Counted from the first letter of the stretch, positions 25,415 through 35,830 are shown. The stretch is 64,000 nt of DNA from a virus (IMGVR_UViG_3300023218_000062), one strand, 5' to 3'. Notes: generated by a model not told the origin, from the letters alone. A program made the numbers and translations.

Positions 25415-26062
25415 TTAAAAATCATAATCGAATATATCAATTTCTTTCTGGCAATTTTCTTTAATCATATTATATGTCTCTTCTTCATAATGTTCTCTAT
25501 AGTCTTTTTTGTGTGATAAATCTACTATAGTTTTAATTTCAGTTCGTGTGTGTATTTTTTTGTGTGTCCCGTCTATTCCAAATGTTTTAAGAAAATCTTT
25601 CATTTTATTATAATTATTATAGTTAATATAGTAGTTTATAAGATCTTCTTGTGGATCAAAAATTTTCAATTTTTTATTTTGCGCTCTATACGGTATATAG
25701 GATTTTAATAAAAATCTTTTTAGGCTTACATCTTTTTTTAGCAATTCTTCGCGCGATAATTTTTTAAAGTTTTTAAAATAAAAAAAATTTTCTTTAAAAA
25801 ATCTTTTTTCATCTAATGCATGATAATAATAAGAAATCGCATGTTCCCATGGATTTCTTATTATACAACTTACTAACCAATTATTTATTGAAGGTGCTAT
25901 TAGCTTTTTGTAAATTATTGGGTTGTTTTTTTTCAGAAACTCTATACCAGTATGCATCGGAAAAGTATGATAGTTCATCGTTCCACAATTTACATGGATG
26001 CTACCAGACGCGGTTTTAGGCATTTCAAAATGTAAATGTTTTCGTTGTTCGTTAATAACCAT
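25415..26062 (-). CDS. sulfotransferase family 2
   Basis: HFEMPKTASGSI (5'-PSB) and IIRNPWEHAISYY (3'-PB). Confidence 0.8.
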   Translation of the reverse strand: MVINEQRKHLHFEMPKTASGSIHVNCGTMNYHTFPMHTGIEFLKKNNPIIYKKLIAPSINNWLVSCIIRNPWEHAISYYYHALDEKRFFKENFFYFKNFKKLSREELLKKDVSLKRFLLKSYIPYRAQNKKLKIFDPQEDLINYYINYNNYNKMKDFLKTFGIDGTHKKIHTRTEIKTIVDLSHKKDYREHYEEETYNMIKENCQKEIDIFDYDF

Positions 26063-26873
26063 CTATTATATCTTTCAATGCATCTTTTAACGATACTTTT
26101 TGTTTATCATTCTTCTTATGTATTCCCATATAATCAAAATAACATTTTTTTATTTTATAATTTTTTAATATATGAGTGAATATAGATTCTTCAGTTACTA
26201 ATACATTGTTATCTAATAAGAAATCTAATTCATTATAAAAATGGTTATGGATATTCATGTTGTCTACTTTGAACAATCCCCCTATGGCTGAAGGTTCTTC
26301 AATATAACTAAATTTTGTATCATATATTTTATAATTTTTATTATTTGGACGATTGTGATAGAAAAAAATTGATGAATATTTCGTGTCTAATTTAAGTAAT
26401 TTTTCACCATTGAGAATATCTAAATCTATAAAGTTATTTCTTTCTTTAGTATTTTTAACATTATTCAGGGGAAATACGTCCCCATGTAGCAAACCCGAAT
26501 CGATCCAAAAAGTACATCCATACTCCCTCATCCATATCAACTTTTGATAAATAAGTTCAAAACACCGATTAGATAATCTTACAGGGTTATAGTTTTGTAT
26601 TAATTCTATATTATTTCTAAGATGTTGTATTTTTCTGTGATAATCACTTTTACACAAATCTCTAAATACAAATTCTATATTAAAATTTTTTAAAAGATAT
26701 TCGTGCCCCGACCGTATTAATTCATATGTATGGTGATCTGTGAAACAGTATATGTTTATGTCTGGGCAATACTTGGCGATAATGTTCAACGAACCACAAT
26801 ATCGCGGCAGCCTCCCCAATCTCCCACCTAATTTACTTTTATCGGTGTCATATATACAAGTTGCTATTTTCAT
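26052..26873 (-). CDS. HtrL-like glycosyltransferase
   Basis: FWIDSGL, IGGLF and LVTEESIFT, paralogous to motifs in 22974-24602. Confidence 0.55.
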   Translation of the reverse strand: MKIATCIYDTDKSKLGGRLGRLPRYCGSLNIIAKYCPDINIYCFTDHHTYELIRSGHEYLLKNFNIEFVFRDLCKSDYHRKIQHLRNNIELIQNYNPVRLSNRCFELIYQKLIWMREYGCTFWIDSGLLHGDVFPLNNVKNTKERNNFIDLDILNGEKLLKLDTKYSSIFFYHNRPNNKNYKIYDTKFSYIEEPSAIGGLFKVDNMNIHNHFYNELDFLLDNNVLVTEESIFTHILKNYKIKKCYFDYMGIHKKNDKQKVSLKDALKDIIDGY

Positions 26874-26948
26874 TTCTTATACTCATATATTTTTTACTAG
26901 TCTACGTCCTTTCATTAGGAAATTTTATTTTTATGGGAGTGATATCGT

Positions 26949-27230
26949 TTAATAAGTAATACTTATTAGCAGTACATTATTTCTTTTTAATGTCTTTCTT
27001 ATTTTGTCTAAACAATTTTGCCTTTGTTTATCTGAAAGACTTTTTATTTGTTCTGATTTGGGTTTTAATGTTTTGGTTTTTCGTATGTTTATCAGGTTTC
27101 TGGTTTCAACGCTATTTCCGATTTTTATCAACAAGTCTTGGTGAACACTATTATATTCAGTTGACAAAAGCTTCCCGCCTTTTGATTTTATTATTTTATC
27201 TACTTCATCAATCGTCAACTTTTGGGGCAT
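26949..27230 (-). CDS. homing-endonuclease-type DNA-binding repeat remnant
   Basis: KLTIDEV..II.SKGGKLLSTEY.S..Q.L; no nuclease domain follows. Confidence 0.45.
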   Translation of the reverse strand: MPQKLTIDEVDKIIKSKGGKLLSTEYNSVHQDLLIKIGNSVETRNLINIRKTKTLKPKSEQIKSLSDKQRQNCLDKIRKTLKRNNVLLISITY

Positions 27231-27236
27231 AATTAA

Positions 27237-28640
27237 TCATCCGTCTACGTTTTTAGTAACCTTATCTAACCACCCGCCAGATTTGCTGTGGGGCCATACA
27301 GTATACGTGCTTGGGGCTACACTTGACAAGAAAATGAACCGATAATCAATAAACTCGTTACCGCTGGTCACATATTTCTTGAATTGTGGTCCTGATAAGT
27401 CTTTTCTATGTATTTCATTTCCATCTACATCATGTGCGCCCACAAAACAGAAATCTATGTCATCTAATACTTTACCATTATCAAATGCCGAAGGAAATTC
27501 ATTTTTATGTACACATACTCTTACGTCATTTGATCGCGCAAACGATTCTTTCCATTCTTGTTCATTTGAATATGGTATGTTAACCGGAGGTTCTTTTTGA
27601 TCCAGTGTTGGTTGCTGTACACCCCTATGCTCGAAACTAATTCCTGCATACTCTTCATATTGTCGTAATGTCCTTTCATTACCAAATCCATATTTACCAA
27701 AATCAATCTGATTGGGGTCTTCACCATTCATTCCAAATAAAACCCTATTTCTTTTGTGGGCCATGTTATTTCTTTCCACCCAATCCTTTTCAACTTTTCC
27801 TTTCTTTTTATTTATAGTTGTATGATCATCCCACACTTTAGTTCTACCTTTTCTGGTATATTCATGCCATATCAGTAACTTATGTGGTGTAAACAGATCG
27901 TATCCATGAGTATATGCTCTAGCAGATATTGAGATTTCTTCTCCATGAAAGAAACAGAATTTATCATGTTGTACATCTTCTGCAAACGATCCGTCAGCGA
28001 AACAAAAATGGCCAGAATAAAATCTAGCACGTTGAGGTCTATCACGCTCTTTCCAATTTTTCATTTCAGATGGTATAAAGAACACTGCACCTTCTGGTAT
28101 AAACCTATCAAAGTTTGTTTGCCATGGTATTTGTACTCTTCCATTAGGATCATTTTCAGGATTATACGAAGGTATATAGCCCGTTAAAATAGGTTTTGGA
28201 GTATCCGAAGTTCTAATACTTTCTAACATTTCTATTAATTCTTTATCCCAATATTCTATAAATCTATGATGGGAATCCAACTGTAACGTATATTTTTCTC
28301 CATTATATTGTTGCTGAATTAAATTTCTAGCCCAGCAGGTTCCTTTAGTTTCTGTATAGTTTAGGTCTATTAAATCAACGGATGCTTCATTTTTATTAAG
28401 TTCTATGATATTAACTTCTTTTTTTATATCATCAATATCGATAAATTTATATGTTCTATAACTCCTTACATCAAAATCTGCATCCAAAAAATCATCTATA
28501 CTTTGCTCGTCACCATGCTGCCAATTTACCATTATATGTAAATTTTCTGGATATACACTATTACATATCATATTTTCAAGCGTGGGTATTAACTCGGGGT
28601 CTCTATAGCTTGCTATTTGAACAAATATTGTATCTTCCAT
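27237..28640 (-). CDS. GT60-like GlcNAc transferase (Skp1-hydroxyproline/mucin-type family)
   Basis: IFVQIASYRDPEL, GTCWAR, LQLDSHHRF..WD, FYSGHF.F and GEE...S.RAYT.GYD.F.P; TATAAATA upstream at 28673-28680. Confidence 0.85.
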   Translation of the reverse strand: MEDTIFVQIASYRDPELIPTLENMICNSVYPENLHIMVNWQHGDEQSIDDFLDADFDVRSYRTYKFIDIDDIKKEVNIIELNKNEASVDLIDLNYTETKGTCWARNLIQQQYNGEKYTLQLDSHHRFIEYWDKELIEMLESIRTSDTPKPILTGYIPSYNPENDPNGRVQIPWQTNFDRFIPEGAVFFIPSEMKNWKERDRPQRARFYSGHFCFADGSFAEDVQHDKFCFFHGEEISISARAYTHGYDLFTPHKLLIWHEYTRKGRTKVWDDHTTINKKKGKVEKDWVERNNMAHKRNRVLFGMNGEDPNQIDFGKYGFGNERTLRQYEEYAGISFEHRGVQQPTLDQKEPPVNIPYSNEQEWKESFARSNDVRVCVHKNEFPSAFDNGKVLDDIDFCFVGAHDVDGNEIHRKDLSGPQFKKYVTSGNEFIDYRFIFLSSVAPSTYTVWPHSKSGGWLDKVTKNVDG

Positions 28641-28684
28641 CGTATTAAACGCACCATCTGTATACACCGCTATATTTATATAAG

Positions 28685-28711
28685 AAAAAGGGAGGCGATG
28701 CCTCCCTTTTT
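28685..28711. terminator. bidirectional intrinsic terminator
   Basis: AAAAA-GGGAGGC-GAT-GCCTCCC-TTTTT. Confidence 0.85.
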
Positions 28712-28732
28712 GCGTGTTGACTAAAGTGATCT

Positions 28733-29200
28733 TTAGTCATTTTTTGGTGGCCGTCCCGGTCCACGTTTTGGTTTTTTTGGTGCATTGCCACCTTCAGGTC
28801 TTTTAGCTTCGGGTCTTTTAGCTTCGGGGGCCTGCTGCTGCCTAGGACGTTTCTGTGGTGTCATTGGGTTTGCAGTTTGGCGTAGTCCGCTTCGCGTATC
28901 CGACGGGGAAATAAGCTGACCAGATTTAGTTCTTACTTGGACTAACTGATGAAAATATTGCAATGCGTTCATACCGTTTTTAAGGGTAACTTGGCTCATG
29001 ACATCCCATAGTGGAGTTTTGTTTGCATCCCGTCTATTAAGTATTCTATTCATTCTTTTAATATCTATCTCATCTAGACTTTCTTCTTTTATAAAATAAA
29101 CATCCCCATTTGAGTCTTCTTTTAGTATAACAACGTTATACCCGATTCCGTTTCCATAGATATCCATTGCTCTGTAATGATGATAATTTTGGTCTTTCAT
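28733..29200 (-). CDS. conserved jumbo-phage hypothetical with basic AT-hook-like tail
   Basis: PLWDVMSQVTL.NGMNAL.YFHQLV core; ends KKPKRGPGRPPKND. Confidence 0.7.
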   Translation of the reverse strand: MKDQNYHHYRAMDIYGNGIGYNVVILKEDSNGDVYFIKEESLDEIDIKRMNRILNRRDANKTPLWDVMSQVTLKNGMNALQYFHQLVQVRTKSGQLISPSDTRSGLRQTANPMTPQKRPRQQQAPEAKRPEAKRPEGGNAPKKPKRGPGRPPKND

Positions 29201-29349
29201 TAAAAATCTCCTTTAAATTTGTATTTTTATAGATAATGTTGTATAATATTATCTTTTCTAACATATATTTAGCACTTTCAAAAAAGTGTGATTTATGATA
29301 TACTAGAAGTATTAACATTTATAGAGATATTACAACACAAGGAGAAAAT

Positions 29350-29799
29350 ATGAAAGAAAAAATATATAGAGCAGGAATGATTCCATTTTTTGTGGATGAA
29401 AATAATAATATTGAAATGAAATTCATGGTTCCATCAGACCAAAAGTTTGGTACCAGTGATCCACAATTTGCAAAGGGGAGAATTGAAAAAAATGAAATAC
29501 ACGAAGAGGCGGCCATCCGAGAAGCCAAAGAAGAACTAGGCTTAAGAGAAGATAATGTTAAATGGTTTAACTATCTAGGAGTTTTTTTGGGTAGGACACA
29601 CATATATATTTGTGAGGTTAAGAATAAAGAAGATTTTGACGAACCTCATTATGAGACAGAATCTATACATTGGATGACTTTAGAGGATTTTGAAAAACAT
29701 GGGCGTGAGCTTCATAGGCCCGTAATACGAGAGGCTTATCTAACCTTTAATTTAATTAAAGAAGAAGGGGTCTATGGGGAAGACGGCAAAGAAGAATAA
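29350..29799 (+). CDS. Nudix hydrolase
   Basis: Nudix box GRIEKNEIHEEAAIREAKEELG. Confidence 0.9.
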   Translation: MKEKIYRAGMIPFFVDENNNIEMKFMVPSDQKFGTSDPQFAKGRIEKNEIHEEAAIREAKEELGLREDNVKWFNYLGVFLGRTHIYICEVKNKEDFDEPHYETESIHWMTLEDFEKHGRELHRPVIREAYLTFNLIKEEGVYGEDGKEE

Positions 29800-29803
29800 T
29801 AAT

Positions 29804-30562
29804 CTATATTTTTACTTCATTTAATTCCAACGATATTTCATAAAATATATTTCCGGGATTTTTTATGAAATATTCGTTGGATCTTCCATTTCCAAAAAAT
29901 TGCTCCCCATTTCTTTCTATAATTGAGAGCCAATCAAAATCAGGTTCATGTTTATATAATTTAATTATTTTAAATTCTGAATCCTTTATGATATTATTCG
30001 GTGAAGTATCTACACCAAATATATATATATTTGGGTATTGTGCATCTTGATATCTTCCAATAAAAAAATACTTTTCTGTACTCTGTGCATATTCTATTTT
30101 ATGATGAATTCGTGTGCCTAAAAATTCACTCCATGTAAACCATTCTCCAGTTCGCTGGTAATATACATCAGGTCTTGCTGGTATATCGACGGGTTTATCT
30201 CCTGTTCTACAATATTTATGCCATTGGTTTACTGAAGTAAATCCCAGTTTTCTCGCAAACGCTTTTGCATCTTCATAGGCCCTAAAGTTGGGCCCTTTAC
30301 CCGGCATTTCATTATATGTGCCTAGGAAATATCCCCAACCCCTCCAATCATTCTTATATGCCCTATCCGGGCGCTTAGGAAGCTTTGCAGGGGTATTTAA
30401 AGCATACCATTGGGCATATTCTCTAACAGATCGCAAATTTTCCATGCGGACCTTTTCGACAGCTTCGTCAAATTCATAATTTCGCCTAGGTCTTCCGGGT
30501 GGATTTTTAGGTATATTTTTTTTAGGTTTTTTTGGTCTACCCCTCTTTTTTATATTTCCCAT
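29804..30562 (-). CDS. AT-hook plus integrase-repeat-unit DNA-binding protein
   Basis: KKRGRPKK and PGRPRR; two YE.A...(A/V)R.L...S...W......LP..PD..Y...W.GW..FLG repeats. Confidence 0.7.
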   Translation of the reverse strand: MGNIKKRGRPKKPKKNIPKNPPGRPRRNYEFDEAVEKVRMENLRSVREYAQWYALNTPAKLPKRPDRAYKNDWRGWGYFLGTYNEMPGKGPNFRAYEDAKAFARKLGFTSVNQWHKYCRTGDKPVDIPARPDVYYQRTGEWFTWSEFLGTRIHHKIEYAQSTEKYFFIGRYQDAQYPNIYIFGVDTSPNNIIKDSEFKIIKLYKHEPDFDWLSIIERNGEQFFGNGRSNEYFIKNPGNIFYEISLELNEVKI

Positions 30563-30602
30563 TTTAATAAATAATAATTAGTTTATTGCTGTTTATATTT
30601 AT

Positions 30603-31052
30603 ATGCAAAAAATTAGTGATGTCTTATTAGAAGGGGCTCATATTGTTGATGCATGGAGACTCATACCAAGAGCTATCGTTGCAATGTATGGGTTCATGAT
30701 ATACAAATTATTTGTTTGGTACACTAGCATTCCCACACATGAAGAAACATCTTGCAACAATGCATTAGTACAAACTTTATTGGAAAATAATATTGATATT
30801 GATAAAGCTATGGAATTAGCTTGTACAGTAGTTGATACTGTTGGGGGGCCAACTGGCTCTCAAACTTCTTTTGTAACTGTTATCGTAGGTCTATCTTCTG
30901 CTATGTTTGGATTTTATGTGAATAGTGGAGGTAATTGGAGAAGTGCCGGTGTTGAATCCCACAACTCTACAAAGAAAGGAAGTATTCCGTGGAGAAGAGG
31001 TAGGGGTAATGGAAGAGATGAATCAGTTGAAAGAGACCCCCGTCCAGAATAA
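30603..31052 (+). CDS. two-TM membrane protein (possible holin-like)
   Basis: DAWRLIPR plus two hydrophobic helices; function unverified. Confidence 0.5.
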   Translation: MQKISDVLLEGAHIVDAWRLIPRAIVAMYGFMIYKLFVWYTSIPTHEETSCNNALVQTLLENNIDIDKAMELACTVVDTVGGPTGSQTSFVTVIVGLSSAMFGFYVNSGGNWRSAGVESHNSTKKGSIPWRRGRGNGRDESVERDPRPE

Positions 31053-32018
31053 TTAACTCTGTGGCTTATTATTTAAAAAATCCGTTAATTCGGTTACTCT
31101 AGAACTAATATTCCCCAATGAATTTTTTCCAGCAAATCGAATGAATTTTAATAGATCTAGTTCTTTTTCTTTCCCCATTTCTTTTATTATAGCTTTTTTA
31201 ATTTGTTTTTTTATATATTTTGGTTGTTTATCTAAGCATAAGAGTAATTCATTCTCTTTGAAAATATCCCTAACTCTATACTTTTTTTCTATATATTTTT
31301 TTTCTATATCACAATAAATTGTTTCCTCAAATTCATGGTTCATTATGTTACTTTTTTTCACATCATCATAATATGCTTCTACAAGTTTATTTTTCCTAAG
31401 TCTGGGGTAGCTTGAACGGACATTATCTTTTGAATCTCCGCGAATACATTTTTCAAAAATCATCAGCCCCGCGTCATTATTCCACTCTTCTAAGTTTCTA
31501 TCTAATCCGTATTTAAGGGGGTTAATAATCTTTACATTATCATATTTTAATAGTTGTAAGTAATCTTTATCACTTGAACACAAAACTACTTCAACTCCGG
31601 GCTCATTACTATACATATCACAGATAGCACCAGCAAAATCATCAGCCTCTATTAACGGCTCTTGTAAAACATACAATTTGGTATGTTTGAAAAGATTAAC
31701 CATTTCATCTATTTTTTGGTTTAAATACTTTTTAGCTTCTAATTCTTTTTTAGTTTTCTTTTCTTTCCTATTAGCTTTATATACTTTATTGGTTAAAGAT
31801 TCGGGTGACTTAGTGTATTTTTCTCTCCATGTAATACCAGAATCGAACCCTATTATAGTTGTATGTGGTTTAATTTTATCATACATATATTTGAATTCTA
31901 ATATAGTTTTGGATATTGAATAATCAATAGAGCTAATATAATCCCCACCATTTTTCTTTTCGGTGTGATAATTTTTATGTGCTATATTATTTCCATCTAT
32001 GAAGAGAATTGTTTCCAT
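31053..32018 (-). CDS. rnh: T4 RNase H-like 5'-3' exonuclease
   Basis: FIDGNN, FDSG..WR, YKANR, EADD, SSDKDYLQL and GDSKDNV. Confidence 0.9.
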   Translation of the reverse strand: METILFIDGNNIAHKNYHTEKKNGGDYISSIDYSISKTILEFKYMYDKIKPHTTIIGFDSGITWREKYTKSPESLTNKVYKANRKEKKTKKELEAKKYLNQKIDEMVNLFKHTKLYVLQEPLIEADDFAGAICDMYSNEPGVEVVLCSSDKDYLQLLKYDNVKIINPLKYGLDRNLEEWNNDAGLMIFEKCIRGDSKDNVRSSYPRLRKNKLVEAYYDDVKKSNIMNHEFEETIYCDIEKKYIEKKYRVRDIFKENELLLCLDKQPKYIKKQIKKAIIKEMGKEKELDLLKFIRFAGKNSLGNISSRVTELTDFLNNKPQS

Positions 32019-32019
32019 G

Positions 32020-32436
32020 TCATTCCATATACTTTTTAGCTTCTTTTTCTGTCAATTCGGTTCCGGTTTCTCTAACTAGAGAGGCAAAATAGATCGACAC
32101 CATATCCTCTTCGGACGATGCATTTATACCCTGTTTTTTAAGCTCGTTTATAAAATGTTTATTCCAATCCATTTTAACACCGACTCGACCATCATCTTCT
32201 ACAAAAACTTCAAAATCTGCCCAAGGCTCGTTGCTCTCTTTGAGGATTTCTTTTTCAGTTTTATAATTTTTATAACCATCCATTTCTTCCTCTATAGAAG
32301 ATATTCTATCATTTATTTCTTTAAATGACTCATTTGCACCATCCGAAATTATTTTTGTATAATTTTCTACTCGTTGTTTTACTTCTTCTAAATCACTTTT
32401 TAATTTTTGGATTTTCTTTTTGTTAAATATGTCCAT
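32020..32436 (-). CDS. conserved T4-like hypothetical
   Basis: MDWNKHFINELKKQG...EEDMVSIYF. Confidence 0.65.
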   Translation of the reverse strand: MDIFNKKKIQKLKSDLEEVKQRVENYTKIISDGANESFKEINDRISSIEEEMDGYKNYKTEKEILKESNEPWADFEVFVEDDGRVGVKMDWNKHFINELKKQGINASSEEDMVSIYFASLVRETGTELTEKEAKKYME

Positions 32437-32448
32437 AATTAATACCCT

Positions 32449-33189
32449 TTATTCTTCACTTTCCGGAAATATATACATACTAAGACCATTAATCTTCAAC
32501 AGCATAATACCCTTTCTACTTATTTTTATACATATACTATCCTTTCTTTTTCCTGCTTCATTTAACAGAGGAGATATAATTTTAAATTTATATTTCACAC
32601 AAAATGAATCAGGTGAATCTGCATCTAGATTTTTATACGAGTCTGCCAACGATTGTGTAAGTATATCTTTTTCTATATCTGTTATATCACAATTAACTTC
32701 ACCATTATCTTTAGTGTATATTTTAAACTCTTCAGCGCCCATCGCAGAAATGCCTTCTTTCAAGATTTTAAGATCTTTTGATTTTATATCAAAAGAATGG
32801 TATAGAGGATCTCTGAGCTTTCTAGGTAATCCTTTTTCTGTCAACATCGAAGTGTTGAAGTTTACCGAAGTACGATCCGCCTTAATTTTTAATTTGGATA
32901 CTACATTAGAGCCATCCTCTAAAGCTTTCACGTCAGCATATATTTCATATGGGAGTTTTGCTTTTGAAAACATATCTAACCTAGGGGATAATGATTGTAC
33001 CCTATTAGTATAGAGCGAATCGAATTCTAGAAAACTGAAATCTCCGGGCTCTATTAAATATACCGCTTTTTCATCCTGTTTAGCTCTGATGCCAGATTTA
33101 TCGATCATTAAAGATTTTATGTCCACTAGGGAACAATATTTTACTGCAAACGTTATTATATCTTTACTTGCTTCAGACAGTTTAATCAT
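32449..33189 (-). CDS. probable sliding clamp (gp45/PCNA-like)
   Basis: About 246 aa, beta-rich, directly downstream of the DNA polymerase; based on size and position. Confidence 0.5.
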   Translation of the reverse strand: MIKLSEASKDIITFAVKYCSLVDIKSLMIDKSGIRAKQDEKAVYLIEPGDFSFLEFDSLYTNRVQSLSPRLDMFSKAKLPYEIYADVKALEDGSNVVSKLKIKADRTSVNFNTSMLTEKGLPRKLRDPLYHSFDIKSKDLKILKEGISAMGAEEFKIYTKDNGEVNCDITDIEKDILTQSLADSYKNLDADSPDSFCVKYKFKIISPLLNEAGKRKDSICIKISRKGIMLLKINGLSMYIFPESEE

Positions 33190-33229
33190 AACTATTTTTA
33201 TACTCTTATATCCAATATATTATACATGC

Positions 33230-35830
33230 TTAATCGTCAAATTCCAAGAGTTCATCAGCTAAAATATTTTTTTCATTTGGAACTGCTTCACCAATAGCAT
33301 CTAATATGGTTTTAATTGGTTTATCTATCAAGCTCAAAAGCTGTCTATTAACATCGACATATGGTTCAAGATTCCTCCACCAATCAGGTATTAATTGTAG
33401 ATCTACAGGAATTGCTATAGCATTAAAATTTCCGAATTTTTTCTTCTTATAAAAATAGAATTTTTTGACTTTTTCACCAGAGCGTATCTTATAAGATTCA
33501 CCATCATTGTATTTTTCTAAACATATGTTGTAGAAAATGCTAGCTTTGGCCATGTGTGGAATGTATGCATCTTTATCTAGATTGTATGCACTGGTGTATT
33601 TTTCTATAGAATTTACCCCTGAAGGTACTCCTAGATCCAATACATTGCGTTTCTTCAAACTTTTCTTTAGTTCTACAATATCTTTCTTTACGAATTTCCA
33701 ATCTTCACCTTTTAAGAACCTTTCAAAAAAACTGGTAAGGGTTTGACGTATGTATTTTGGAAGATTAGTTTTTTTTATCTGGAGTCCCATAACTTTCATC
33801 TTATCGACTTCTTTCCCATCCAGACTAACTAAATGTAGCAAGTAATGTTTTTTAGCAACAAATATACCTTTATCGGATATCACTTCCTGTTCGGCTAGTA
33901 TGTAATTTTCTCTTCCATTAATACAATGAAATGCTTTTTTCATAAACTCAGGGTAACTATTATTTACTAATTTACATACTGCTCCCGCAACCGAACTGGC
34001 ATCTTCTTCATTTTCTGTCCCTGTAGCAAAAAAAATAGAATCTGTATCACCATAAACTATTGAATCTGAAGGGAATTTGTATTCTCCATCTAATACCTTT
34101 GCAATTCTCTTGGCCATATGTAAAAGAATTTCTTTACCTGTCTTGGTTGTAGATTCTGCCATTCGTACATCGAAGAACCTAAAATACTTGTTTCCAAACA
34201 CCCCATACATGGAATTTAACTGAATCTTTTTAAGATATTGGATGTTATCATAATATTCTTGCTTCTTTTTATATGCTGGATCTCCAGTTTCTTCATATTT
34301 TTTCCCCATTTCAGTTTTCAATTTCTGGTATTTTATTCTATCTTCAAACCAACTTGTCAGAATAGATGGTATTATTCCATCTTCTGATTGATCAAATATC
34401 GTGCCATGAGCAGATATGCTCCACTTATTCTGTTCAAGATATTCATTCCATTCTGCGGCTGTCATTGTAGCGTCATAGCCATTCTCGTACAGCGCAGTAA
34501 GCTCTATGTCGTTTTTATCCATTATGTGCTCATACGCTTTGTCATTCTCAAAAAATTGCCCCACAAGCATTTCAGGAGATATGTTCACTGCTCTCATTGC
34601 AGATGGATATAGAGATTTAATGTCTACTGAAGATATCCACTCGTGTAATCCTACTTGAGGATTTAGGACAAATGCACCTTCAAATTTTTTACCATGATCG
34701 TTTACCATATATGGGGCATCTGGTAATGCTACGCGTTCCGGTAGCTCATGTTTGCAAAAATTTAAAATGGCAGTGTCTGATATACTAACTGTGGTTAATA
34801 CAGATGAAATTCTATTTGTTACCATATGTGAAAAGTTTATGGCTAAGTTCATATATTTAAATTTTGCGTCCAAGCCTTTTAGAATTTCAGTATCTCTAAT
34901 GTTGTATTTTACAAATTGATCAAAATCCTCACGATATAGACGGTGTAGACTCTTTCCATAGTCCAGCTTTTCCATATCATCAAGCTCCTCTTCAGCCACG
35001 GCTTCTAATGAATATGAAGAACGCTGAGCAGCGTCAAACTTTTTAACCATTTGCATGAAATCTATCCAAACTCTTCCAATCGGTTGAACGTTTATTTGTG
35101 TGGACCCATACTGTTCGACTTCTATAACACCTACATCCTGATCTACTTCAGGGAAATTCATCATTCTTGTAGCATCTTTGCCAAATGCTTTCATTAATCG
35201 AAAGTAAATATATGGGGAATCAAAAAAATCACTGTTCCAACCGCTGATAATATCTGTACCATATATTTCTTCTACGAATCTAGTTAATAGCTCTTTCTCA
35301 TTTTTGAATATGTATATGTCTGCTTTATGCCCTAAGTGTTCTAGGTCTTTTGCCGTACAATTCTTCCATTTACCTTCTTTTGGTGGTACTGCCAAAACTA
35401 TAGATCTGTCAGTATGCTTATGATATAAAGCTATAGAATTTATTGGGGCATAAGGATTAGAGCTTCCGGCGTGGCCTTTAGCTGGGGCATAATCAACCTC
35501 AATATCAAAAAATGTTATATTTAAATCCTCAATAGGGCGTTTATAATATTTGTCTGAAAGTATTTTTAATTCTGGGGATATATCAGATTCGTATAATTGG
35601 ACCCCATGCTCCCTAAGTCGTTTGCGTTCTTTAAAAAATTCAAAAGGATCATCATATTCTATTTTTGTCAGTTTAGCCCCTTTAACTGACCTGTATTTTT
35701 CTTTTGACTCATAATCTTCTACAAAATAATTATAAGGTGCATCATATGTTACTAAAACCCTACCATTTGGGGTTCTTTCCCATACGTATACGTTTTTTTT
35801 ATCATTTGATGTTGCGGTGGAAATATACAT
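33230..35830 (-). CDS. family B DNA polymerase
   Basis: Exonuclease motifs DIEVD, WNSDFFD and YNIRD; polymerase motifs DIKSLYPS, KIQLNSMYG and YGDTDS; no intein. Confidence 0.97.
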   Translation of the reverse strand: MYISTATSNDKKNVYVWERTPNGRVLVTYDAPYNYFVEDYESKEKYRSVKGAKLTKIEYDDPFEFFKERKRLREHGVQLYESDISPELKILSDKYYKRPIEDLNITFFDIEVDYAPAKGHAGSSNPYAPINSIALYHKHTDRSIVLAVPPKEGKWKNCTAKDLEHLGHKADIYIFKNEKELLTRFVEEIYGTDIISGWNSDFFDSPYIYFRLMKAFGKDATRMMNFPEVDQDVGVIEVEQYGSTQINVQPIGRVWIDFMQMVKKFDAAQRSSYSLEAVAEEELDDMEKLDYGKSLHRLYREDFDQFVKYNIRDTEILKGLDAKFKYMNLAINFSHMVTNRISSVLTTVSISDTAILNFCKHELPERVALPDAPYMVNDHGKKFEGAFVLNPQVGLHEWISSVDIKSLYPSAMRAVNISPEMLVGQFFENDKAYEHIMDKNDIELTALYENGYDATMTAAEWNEYLEQNKWSISAHGTIFDQSEDGIIPSILTSWFEDRIKYQKLKTEMGKKYEETGDPAYKKKQEYYDNIQYLKKIQLNSMYGVFGNKYFRFFDVRMAESTTKTGKEILLHMAKRIAKVLDGEYKFPSDSIVYGDTDSIFFATGTENEEDASSVAGAVCKLVNNSYPEFMKKAFHCINGRENYILAEQEVISDKGIFVAKKHYLLHLVSLDGKEVDKMKVMGLQIKKTNLPKYIRQTLTSFFERFLKGEDWKFVKKDIVELKKSLKKRNVLDLGVPSGVNSIEKYTSAYNLDKDAYIPHMAKASIFYNICLEKYNDGESYKIRSGEKVKKFYFYKKKKFGNFNAIAIPVDLQLIPDWWRNLEPYVDVNRQLLSLIDKPIKTILDAIGEAVPNEKNILADELLEFDD

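Noticed and set aside
13792-35830. Inteins or introns in RNR, ThyA or DNA polymerase
   Set aside because: Protein lengths and motif spacing are normal, with no splice-junction motifs or interruptions.
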